Translations under genes and position numbers: made by a program
The notes under the pieces: generated by a model
What the model saw: the letters and a program-made list of their open reading frames with translations, nothing else
Database searches by the model: none
Told to the model about the DNA's origin: nothing
Source of the DNA: Ranitomeya imitator
Taxonomy: Eukaryota
Assembly: GCF_032444005.1 (NCBI RefSeq)
Contig: NC_091282.1
Location: 644,800,001 to 644,864,000, forward strand
Reading direction: 5' to 3'
DNA length: 64,000 nt
In this document: positions 52,895-64,000 of the stretch, piece by piece
How positions within the stretch are numbered: the first letter of the stretch is position 1
How the letters are laid out: the number at the start of each line of letters is the position of its first letter

Positions 52895-53215
52895 AAAGGG
52901 GACCTGTCACTTGCCACAAATATGTAATTTCTTTACCTGGTAATACATGGCGCTGTTCTCTTGAATCGGCGATGTTTTTCTTTTGTTCCTGCTCCTCTCC
53001 GTTCCTGAGATATGGCCCCTTTTTCCTTGCATGTAAATCTAGTCTTGGTACCTAAGTGGGCGTGGTCATTACATCTCTGAGGGTGTGTCTGAGAACCATG
53101 CCCAATTGGCTAAAAAGACTAGATTTATATACAAGGAAAAGCGGGAAAGGAGAGGCACAAAAACAAAAGAAAAATATCTCTGGATTCAGGAGAGCAGCAC
53201 CATTTCCACAAGGTA
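52895..53215. mobile_element. Truncated T2-like MITE fragment, related to a reverse-oriented fragment at ~18900-19093
   Basis: ttaaaggggacctgtcac start; internal similarity to the reverse complement of 18930-19093. Confidence 0.5.
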
Positions 53216-53994
53216 AAAAAAAATTCTGTCTTTTGCAACAAAAGACAAATCCACTTTAACTTTGCTCCAATCCAGTGAGTCGACGGAGGCGCAGTCGTGT
53301 GCTTCCTATAGTAAGCGGAGAAGATAAAACTCTTATTTTTTCAATTCTCCTGAATTGTTTGATGCACTTATTATTTTTAATGAATACAACAGAAATGAAA
53401 ATTAACTTACAGCGCCTGGAGGATCCTGCCACAATAGTGTTAAAATAAATAAGATTAGCATAAATAATAGAGCCGCCGCACTGTGCACAATAATCAATTG
53501 GACGCACGTACGCCCAGACTGTGCTCGGTTCTATACATGATAAAGGCTTAGGTCCCACAAAGTTGCCAAAAATTAAGTGGTCACCAGAAGTACGTGACAG
53601 GGAAAATGAAAAACTGGATTCATCACACCAAAACCTCACATTTTTCTAACACGGTCTGTGCAAGTGACCCGCTATCTTTGGTTAAATAAGCTAGAGACCT
53701 AATATCTGCCTCCTATAAAATAAATCACTAATATCAGAAAGAGGTTTTCGGAAATTGGCCAATAGGGGAATTTGACTAGAAAATTTAATTTTGCCCATAC
53801 GCAGTGGATTAATGTCTATGAATAAGTCTGTTTTGTTGGGATCGGCTGACAATCTAATGTGCAGGCGGTCTTCCTGGCTCTTCACACACAGTTGAACATA
53901 TACATTGGGAAAAAAGTCCAAGCCAAGTTACCGTATACCTCCTATGTAGTGGAAAAATTAGATGTGTAAAGATCCTATATCTTTTGTTATCGAG

Positions 53995-56900
53995 CAATGG
54001 TGACATCACTACAGGAGGACTGAGCAGTGGTGACATCACTACAGGAGGACTGAGCAGTGGTGACATCACTACAGGAGGACTGAGCAGTGGTGACATCACT
54101 ACAGGAGGACTGAGCAGTGGTGACATCACTACAGGAGGACTGAGCAGTGGTGACATCACTACAGGAGGACTGAGAAGTGGTGACTTCACTACAGGAGGAC
54201 TGAGCAGTGGTGACATCACTACAGGAGGACTGAGAAGTGGTGACATCACTACAGGAGGACTGAGAAGTGGTGACATCACTACAGGAGGACTGAAAAGTGG
54301 TGACATCACTAAAGGAGGACTGAGCAGTGGTGACATCACTACAGGAGGACTGAGCAGTGGTGACTTCACTACAGGAGGACTGAGCAGTGGTGATATCACT
54401 AAAGGAGGACTGAGCAGTGGTAACATCACTACAGGAGGACTGAGCAGTGGTGACATCACTACAGGAGGACTGAGCAGTGGTGACATCACTACAGGAGGAC
54501 TGAGCAGTGGTGACATCACTACAGGAGGACTGAGCAGTGGTGACATCACTACAGGAGGACTGAGTAGTGGTGACATCACTACAGGAGGACTGAGCAGTGG
54601 TGACATCACTACAGGAGGACTGAGAAGTGGTGACATCACTACAGGAGGACTGAGCAGTGGTGACATCACTACAGGAGGACTGAGAAGTGGTGACTTCACT
54701 ACAGGAGGACTGAGCAGTGGTGACATCACTACAGGAGGACTGAGAAGTGGTGACATCACTACAGGAGGACTGAGAAGTGGTGACATCACTACAGGAGGAC
54801 TGAAAAGTGGTGACATCACTAAAGGAGGACTGAGCAGTGGTGACATCACTACAGGAGGACTGAGCAGTGGTGACTTCACTACAGGAGGACTGAGCAGTGG
54901 TGATATCACTAAAGGAGGACTGAGCAGTGGTAACATCACTACAGGAGGACTGAGCAGTGGTGACATCACTACAGGAGGACTGCGTAGTGGTGACATCACT
55001 AAAAGAAGGACTGAGCAGTGGTGATATCACTAAAGGAGGACTGAGCAGTGGTGACATCACTACAGGAGGACTGAGCAGCGGTGACATCACTACAGGAGGA
55101 CTGCGCAGTGGTGACATCACTACAGGAGGACTGAGAAGTGGTGACATCACTACAGGAGGACTGAGCAGTGGTGACATCACTACAGGAGGACTGCGCAGTG
55201 GTGACATCACTACAGGAGGACTGAGAAGTGGTGACATCACTACAGGAGGACTGAGAAGTGGTGACATCACTACAGGAGGACTGAGAAGTGGTGACATCAC
55301 TAAAGGAGGACTGAGCAGTGGTGACATCACTACAGGAGGACTGAGCAGTGGTGACTTCACTACAGGAGGACTGAGCAGTGGTGATATCACTAAAGGAGGA
55401 CTGAGCAGTGGTAACATCACTACAGGAGGACTGAGCAGTGGTGACATCACTACAGGAGGACTGCGCAGTGGTGACATCACTAAAGGAGGACTGAGCAGTG
55501 GTGATATCACTAAAGGAGGACTGAGCAGTGGTGACATCACTACAGGAGGACTGAGCAGTGGTGACATCACTACAGGAGGACTGAGCAGTGATGACATCAC
55601 TAAAGGAGGACTGAGCAGTGGTGATATCACTACAGGAAGACTGAGCAGTGGTGACATCACTACAGGAGGACTGAGCTGTGGTGACATCACTAAAGGAGGA
55701 CTGAGCAGTGGTGACATCACTAAAGGAGGACTGAGCAGTGGTGACATCTCTACAGGGGGACTGAGCAGTGGTGACATCACTACAGAAGGGCTAAACAGTG
55801 GTGACATCACTACAGGAGGAGTGAGCAGTGGTGACATCACTACAGGGGGACTAAGTAGTGGTGACATCACTACAGGAGGACTGAGCAGTGGTGACATCAC
55901 TACAGGAGGACTGAGCAGTGGTGACATCACTACAGGAGGACTGAGCAGTGGTGACATCACTACAGGAGGACTGAGAAGTGGTGACATCACTACAGGAGGA
56001 CTGAGAAGTGGTGACATCACTACAGGAGGACTGAAAAGTGGTGACATCACTAAAGGAGGACTGAGCAGTGGTGACATCACTACAGGAGGACTGAGCAGTG
56101 GTGACTTCACTACAGGAGGACTGAGCAGTGGTGATATCACTAAAGGAGGACTGAGCAGTGGTAACATCACTACAGGAGGACTGAGCAGTGGTGACATCAC
56201 TACAGGAGGACTGAGCAGTGGTGACATCACTACAGGAGGACTGAGCAGTGGTGACATCACTACAGGAGGACTGAGCAGTGGTGACATCACTACAGGAGGA
56301 CTGAGTAGTGGTGACATCACTACAGGAGGACTGAGCAGTGGTGACATCACTACAGGAGGACTGAGAAGTGGTGACATCACTACAGGAGGACTGAGCAGTG
56401 GTGACATCACTACAGGAGGACTGAGAAGTGGTGACTTCACTACAGGAGGACTGAGCAGTGGTGACATCACTACAGGAGGACTGAGAAGTGGTGACATCAC
56501 TACAGGAGGACTGAGAAGTGGTGACATCACTACAGGAGGACTGAAAAGTGGTGACATCACTAAAGGAGGACTGAGCAGTGGTGACATCACTACAGGAGGA
56601 CTGAGCAGTGGTGACTTCACTACAGGAGGACTGAGCAGTGGTGATATCACTAAAGGAGGACTGAGCAGTGGTAACATCACTACAGGAGGACTGAGCAGTG
56701 GTGACATCACTACAGGAGGACTGCGTAGTGGTGACATCACTAAAAGAAGGACTGAGCAGTGGTGATATCACTAAAGGAGGACTGAGCAGTGGTGACATCA
56801 CTACAGGAGGACTGAGCAGCGGTGACATCACTACAGGAGGACTGCGCAGTGGTGACATCACTACAGGAGGACTGAGAAGTGGTGACATCACTACAGGAGG

Positions 56901-57940
56901 ACTGAGCAGTGGTGACATCACTACAGGAGGACTGCGCAGTGGTGACATCACTACAGGAGGACTGAGAAGTGGTGACATCACTACAGGAGGACTGAGAAGT
57001 GGTGACATCACTACAGGAGGACTGAGAAGTGGTGACATCACTAAAGGAGGACTGAGCAGTGGTGACATCACTACAGGAGGACTGAGCAGTGGTGACTTCA
57101 CTACAGGAGGACTGAGCAGTGGTGATATCACTAAAGGAGGACTGAGCAGTGGTAACATCACTACAGGAGGACTGAGCAGTGGTGACATCACTACAGGAGG
57201 ACTGCGCAGTGGTGACATCACTAAAGGAGGACTGAGCAGTGGTGATATCACTAAAGGAGGACTGAGCAGTGGTGACATCACTACAGGAGGACTGAGCAGT
57301 GGTGACATCACTACAGGAGGACTGAGCAGTGATGACATCACTAAAGGAGGACTGAGCAGTGGTGATATCACTACAGGAAGACTGAGCAGTGGTGACATCA
57401 CTACAGGAGGACTGAGCTGTGGTGACATCACTAAAGGAGGACTGAGCAGTGGTGACATCACTAAAGGAGGACTGAGCAGTGGTGACATCTCTACAGGGGG
57501 ACTGAGCAGTGGTGACATCACTACAGAAGGGCTAAACAGTGGTGACATCACTACAGGAGGAGTGAGCAGTGGTGACATCACTACAGGGGGACTAAGTAGT
57601 GGTGACATCACTACAGGAGGACTGAGCAGTGGTGACATCACTACAGGAGGACTGAGCAGTGGTGACATCACTACAGGAGGACTGAGCAGTGGTGACATCA
57701 CTACAGGAGGACTGAGCAGTGGTGACATCACTACAGGAGGACTGAGCAGTGGTGACATCACTACAGGAGGACTGAGCAGTGGTGACATCACTACAGGAGG
57801 AGTGAGCAGTGGTGACATCACTACAGGGGGACTAAGTAGTGGTGACATCACTACAGGAGGAGTGAGCAGTGGTGACATCACTACAGGGGGACTAAGTAGT
57901 GGTGACATCACTATAGGAGGACTGAGCAGTGGTGACATAA
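53995..57940. repeat. 30-bp minisatellite, ~130 copies, with 510-bp and 1741-bp internal duplications
   Basis: gtggtgacatcactacaggaggactgagca units; diagnostic variants recur at +510 and +1741. Confidence 0.98.
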
Positions 57941-58879
57941 CTATGAATTTGCATAATACAAGCTGCATAATGCATGTTTGTTTATTAAAATATTTCCATA
58001 GCAGAACTATCAATCACAGGACTAAAGACTCAGATTCATTGGACTGAAGGGAATCATTTCTGTCCCTCCATGCCGAGTTCTGTCAAAGGTGGGTTACCTG
58101 TGATATCAGAGTCAGTTAATGTGGCACCTGGTGACGGGAGCCGATGCAATGTCCTCCTCTGATCCCGGAATGTACCGGGTAATAAGACGGTGAGTAATGT
58201 GTATGGATATATTCATTATGGAAATCCAGGAGGGAGGCAGAGGTTTACGCGGGTGATGGGTGCGCACAATGCATAGTGTCCCTTTGATCTCACTACATTA
58301 AGCCCCTCATATCAAGTCTGCCTGTCACTCACCTTTCCCCCTCTTCCTCTGGTGCTTCTGACATCTCTTCCTCCCTGCAATAACCTAATGATTTCTCATC
58401 AAGCTGCCGGGGCCCGGAGCCTGGGCGACTCCTTTATTGGCTGTGACACCAATCTCAAAACAAATTTAGCACCTCATTTCGCAAACGATCAAATCTTCCA
58501 CCTCGATTATCCCGGCTGACGTGGGGACGGGAGATTTCCGCTTCCCAGGGAATAGCGGCGAAGGCCCTGCTGAACAGCACCGAGGATCAGGTCAACTACA
58601 GGGTAGAGGGTCAAACAACACAGGATCAAAAGCAGCTACAGTAATTAGATTGCAAGCTCCGTGGACAAGAATTTTCCACTATACTTTGTTTTACTTTTCC
58701 ATGAAATTGGCTGTAGCATCGGAGTTTTCTTCTTCCTATTGAAGCAGAGCTTAAAAACGTGACAACGAACACTCTGTGTCAGATATGTGCTCAGACCGGT
58801 TGTCACTTCCTTCCATCATCATTTCCCTTTATATCAGCAAAATGTAAGACAATTTTCTAGGGAAGCATACCACCATGGC

Positions 58880-60200
58880 GTACATATTCTAAACACCCTA
58901 CTGACATTATACAGCACTATTATGTGGACACTGTATGGTGGTATTATTTGGACACTTTACAGTACTATTATGTGGACACTGTATGGTGGTATTATTTGGA
59001 CACTTTACAGTACTATTATGTGGACACTGTATGGCGGTATTATGTAGGCTCTGTATGGAGGGACAATCTTGGCCTCACACATGCATTTTATTTAGCTCCT
59101 GTATGATACTGTTATGTAGACCCTCTTTGGTGGTATTATTTTGGCACTTTACAGCAATATTAGGTGGTCACTGTATGGCAGTGTTATGTAAGCTCAGTAT
59201 GGAGGGACAATCTTGGCCTCACACCTGCATTTTATTTGGATCCTGCATGATACTGTTACGTAGTCACTCTATGGTAGTATTATTTGAACAGTATACAGCA
59301 CTGTTATGTGGACACTGCATGGCAGTACTATTTGGACACTTTACTGTACTATTATGACGGTGTTATGTAAGCATTGTATTTTGAACTTATCTGAGCACAA
59401 TTCCTGCATTTTATGTGGATCCAGAATGACACAGCCATGTATACTCTCTATGGTGGTATTATTTAGACATTCTGCAGAACTGTATGGCGCTATTATGTAT
59501 ATGGCGTATCTTCTGGGCCTCATTCATGCATGTTATTTAGATCTTGGATGACGCAGCAATACAGATCTATGTAAGAAATATTTGGACACTATGCAGCACT
59601 GTTATGTGGACACGGTATGGTGCTATTATTTAATTACTCTATGGAGATATACTGGTTCCAGTAAATTAATGTTATGTGGATCCTATATGATACTGTTATG
59701 TAAACACTATATGATGCTATGATTTGGACAATAAGCAGCACTAATATGTGGACACTGCATGTCACTATTATGTAAGCACTATTTGGTATTATCTGGGCAC
59801 CATAAATGCATATTATTTGGATCCTATAGGATACTGTAATGTTAACACCCTACAGTGGTATTATTTGAATACCATACAGCACTGTTATTTGCACAACATA
59901 TGGAATTATAATTTTGGCCTTGCACATACATTTTATTTGGATGCAATACGATACTGTTACATAAACAGTCTATGGTGGAATTATTTGGACACTATGCAGC
60001 ACTATTGTGTGGACATTGTTTTATGTAAGCCCTGTATAGTGGTATAATTTGGGCACCATACACAGTTTTTATTTGGGAACACTTTATGGTGGTATTATTT
60101 GGGCACTGTACAACATTATGGTGCAATTATGTAACACAGTTTGGCTGTATAAGGGTGGAAACTACACTGCACGGTGGTATTATATGGGCACAATATGGCA
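58880..60200. repeat. Degenerate ~48-bp / ~130-bp tandem array
   Basis: tattatgtggacactgtatggtggtattatttggacact recurring. Confidence 0.8.
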
Positions 60201-61303
60201 CTATATATCAATCTGACATTTTTTATTTTCTTCCAGGAGATAAGAAAGGCAGAAACAGGACAGCAATATACTCTGTTATTTAGTCCTGAGCTGGGGGCCC
60301 GTTTTGACTTTGTTTTGGGATACTTCCTCTCTCGTGCTACAACCCTGTGGCTTATTTTTTAAGTGTGATATTCACTTGTATGTGAAATTTCGTCCAGCCA
60401 AATGTTCACCGGCTGGTGTCCAATCATTCAGTGCGCATCCCTGTTCCAAAATGGTTTACTAATGTTAATAATGACTGTATTCCGGGGGCAAAAAAATATG
60501 ATAATTCTTGCCCATATTTCATTTATCTGTTCTTGGATCCACAATCTGCTGCCCGAGGGTAAGAGAACTATTTAATTATGAGTGTGTACTGGAGAACTCG
60601 TACAAGACGAGGGGAGCTGGCATATTAATGAACTATCTATGGGTATGAAAAGACCAAGCACACAATATTGGGCCCTTAGGCTCGTGTATCACAAACAGGG
60701 CAAATAGACTGAAAAATCTGGTGCCCAAATTTTGTGCCAATGTACAGTCGTTCCTACTTCCAAGTAGTGTCAGCGCCAATGATGCGGTATATACATCAAA
60801 TAATGAGGCAACATATTTATGCCAAAAAAAGGCATACAAGTGTTCCAGTTGTCAATAAAATGTTAGACAGTACAAGGGGAATTCACATTTGACAGACGTG
60901 CCACACGAAATTTTACAGCAAATTGTCAAGGTTTGGTCATTTCTATTTTTGATCATTTGGTTAAAACCATTTCAAAAATTGCCTATCAGGCACGCTCAAT
61001 TGGAACTCCCTCAGGAATAAATAGGGCGTGACGCTCATGTGCAGTCCCCTCGCCGTGCTGCAGTACCAATTTTAGTGAGCTTCACCTGTGCTTGACGCAA
61101 AATTGAGGTAATTTGAGTTAAAACCTTATGAAAAATTGCCTATTGGGCACGCTCAGTCATTTTTGGGACTCCTTTGCAAACAAATAGGGAGTGCTGCGCA
61201 TGTGTGGCCACCTTTCTATTGACAGTGCCTGCTGCAAAACCGAGTTAAAACCATTCCAAAAATTGTTTAGCAGAACTCCCATACAAATGTATAGGGACTA
61301 GGG

Positions 61304-61486
61304 CAGCGGTGTCAAACTGCATTCCTCGAGGGCCTCAGACCATGCGTGTTTTCAAGATTTCCTTAGCATTACACAAGGTGCTGGAATCATTCTGTGCAGG
61401 TGATTAAATTATCACCTGTACAATACAAGGAAATCCTGAAAACATGACCTGTTTGCAGCCCTCGAGGAATGCAGTTTGACACCTTG
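61304..61486. mobile_element. hAT-like MITE
   Basis: cagcggtgtcaaactgcattcctcgagggc / gccctcgaggaatgcagtttgacaccttg inverted termini. Confidence 0.8.
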
Positions 61487-61539
61487 TGCTTTTTCAGTAC
61501 TTTATGGTATGGATCATTCTTTTCCATGTAATCATGTAT

Positions 61540-62240
61540 TTTGGACAAGGATACAGTTATAGAAACACTGTATAACGCATTTTTTGGACACAAAACTATT
61601 ATGTGGACACTGTATGGCATTATAATTTAAGTACTGTATGGAGGTATTACCTGGGCCTCATACATTCATTTTGTTTGGATCCTGTATGATATTATTATGT
61701 AATTTTTTTTATGATGTTGTCCTGTGTACACTATCAAGCACTATTATATAGACGCTGTATGGCGGTATTATGTAATCACTGTATGGAGGTATAACAAGGC
61801 CATGATAATTGTGTTAAATTTGTATTCTGTTATATAAATACTTTACAATGATATTATTTGGATACTACAGCACTATAATGTGGACACTCTATGGCGCTAT
61901 TATGTACATGGAAACATAAACTTGGCCTCATAAATGCATTTTATTTGGATCATGTATCATAACATTATGTAAACACTCTCTGGTGGTTTTATTTGGAAAT
62001 TACACAGTGCTATTACGTGGACAATGTATGGTGGATGGTGGTATTAGGTAAGCACCATATGGTGGTATAATCTAGACCACATACATGTATTAGATTTGGA
62101 TCCGGTATAATACCATTATGTAAACACTGTATGGTGGTTTTATTTGGACACTACACAGCACTATTTTGTGGACACATTATGGTGCTCTCATGTTAGCACT
62201 GTATGGCAGAATTGATTGGGCACTATATGGTAGTATGAGG
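61540..62240. repeat. Degenerate array of the same family as 58880-60200
   Basis: Same tattatgtggacactgtatgg core. Confidence 0.75.
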
Positions 62241-62599
62241 TGACCCTGTATGCCGGGATACAGGTACGGGTAGGCATGCCTGAGGTCTGTAGCCCGGGAA
62301 GTTTTCTGTCAGGTTCCCACGCACACATTACAATTAACAATCTGCAATTAGAAACTCATTTACACGCACAGGAAAAAAGGAAAAGAGTTGGAGCGCACAA
62401 TTCTCAGCGTCCTCCTGCTGCACCGTGAGCGAGGAATGAAACCAAACCTCCGCCTGCTGCACCGCGAGCGAGGAATAGGGAAAGGAATCAATCGAATATT
62501 TACTGTAAATAAACGGCCTGGAGCGAAAGGAATAATCGCAGCCTCCGCCACCCCGAGTAATACAGGACTGAATACCGCTCTGCTGCTTAACTCCATCAT

Positions 62600-64000
62600 C
62601 ACTGCACCCTATCCTGTGCGATACTGTCTGCTGAGCAGTGTATCTAATCCTGTGTGATACTGTCTGCTGAGCCGTGTATCTAATCCTATCCTGTGTGATA
62701 CTGTCTGCTGAGCCGTGTACCTAATCCTATCCTGTGTGATACTGTCTGCTGAGCTGTGTATCTAATCCTGTGTGATACTGTCTGCTGAGCCGTGTATCTA
62801 ATCCTATCCTGTGTGATACTGTCTGCTGAGCCGTGTATCTAATCCTATCCTGTGTGATACTGTCTGCTGAGCTGTGTATCTAATCCTGTGTGATACTGTC
62901 TGCTGAGCCGTGTATCTAATCCTATCCTGTGTGATACTGTCTGCTGAGCTGTGTATCTAATCCTATCCTGTGTGATACTGTCTGCTGAGCCGTGTATCTA
63001 ATCCTATCCTGTGTGATACTGTCTGCTGAGCTGTGTATCTAATCCTATCCTGTGTGATACGGTCTGCTGAGCTGTGTATCTAATCCTATCCTGTGTGATA
63101 CAGTCTACTGAGCCGTGTATCTAATCCTATCCTGTGCGATACTGTCTGCTGAGCACTGTATCTAATCCTGTGTGATACTGTCTGCTGAGCCGTGTATCTA
63201 ATCCTATTATGTGTGATACAGTCTACTGAGCCGTGTATCTAATCCTATCCTGTGTGATACTGTCTGCTGAGCCGTATATCTAATACTATCCTGTGTGATA
63301 CTGTCTGCTGAGCTGTGTATCTAATCCTCTCCTGTGTGATACTGTCTGCTGAGCCATCTATCTAATCCTATCCTGGGTGATACTGTCTGCCAAGCTGTGT
63401 ATCTAATCCTATCCTGCGTGATACTGTCTGCTGAGCCGTGTATCTAATCCTATCCTGTGTGATACTGTCTGCTGAGCTGTGTATCTAATCCTATCCTGTG
63501 TGATACTGTCTGCTGAGCTGTGTATCTAATCCTATCCTGTGTGATACAGTCTGCTGAGCTGTGTGTCTAATCCTATCCTGTGTGATACTGTCTGCTGAGC
63601 CGTGTATCTAATCCTATCCTGGGTGATACTGTCTGCTGAGCCGTGTATCTAATCCTATCCTGGGTGATACTGTCTGCTGAGCCATATATCTAATTCTATC
63701 CTGGGTGATACTGTCTGCCAAGCTGTGTATCTAATCCTATCCTGTGTGATACTGTTTGCTGAGCCGTGTATCTAATCCTATTCTGTGTGATACTGTCTGC
63801 TGAGCCGTGTATCTAATCCTATCCTGTGTGATACTGTCTGCTGAGCCGTGTATCTAATCCTATCCTGTGTGATACTGTCTGCTGAGCCTTATATCTAATC
63901 CTATCCTGTGTGATACTGTCTGCTGAGCCATCTATCTAATCCTATCCTGGGTGATACTGTCTGCTGAGCCGTGTATCTAATCCTATCCTGTGTGATACTG
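62600..64000. repeat. 41-bp minisatellite (36-bp variants), continues past the window end
   Basis: atcctatcctgtgtgatactgtctgctgagccgtgtatcta units. Confidence 0.97.

Noticed and set aside
53854-58047. Very long ORFs (346-917 aa), mucin-like
   Set aside because: Translations of a 30-nt tandem unit, open on both strands, frameshifted by a duplicated 1-bp insertion, with no non-repeat domain or splice support

Overview
Vertebrate non-coding DNA, most likely anuran (frog), inferred from the repeat families. No host protein-coding gene, rRNA, tRNA or CRISPR array can be supported. Roughly two-thirds of the window is repetitive: three decayed Tc1/mariner transposons, a 5'-truncated Rex1/Babar LINE with an uninterrupted RT frame, two other LINE fragments, an LTR fragment, a non-autonomous Helitron, many TTAA-flanked (T2/Kolobok-like), TNA-flanked (PIF/Harbinger-like) and hAT-like MITEs, and several minisatellite arrays. 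There is one 194-N assembly gap. The most notable signal is a set of short insertions carrying minimal type I hammerhead-ribozyme-like cores followed by an AATAAA-N24-29-GTGCC tail (20.2, 44.8, 49.5 and 50.2 kb). Two independent ones share a TSD / extra segment / inverted tail / direct tail / TSD layout, consistent with non-autonomous Penelope-like or retrozyme-like elements. All family names come from motif recognition by eye, not database searches. Boundaries of degenerate repeats are approximate.
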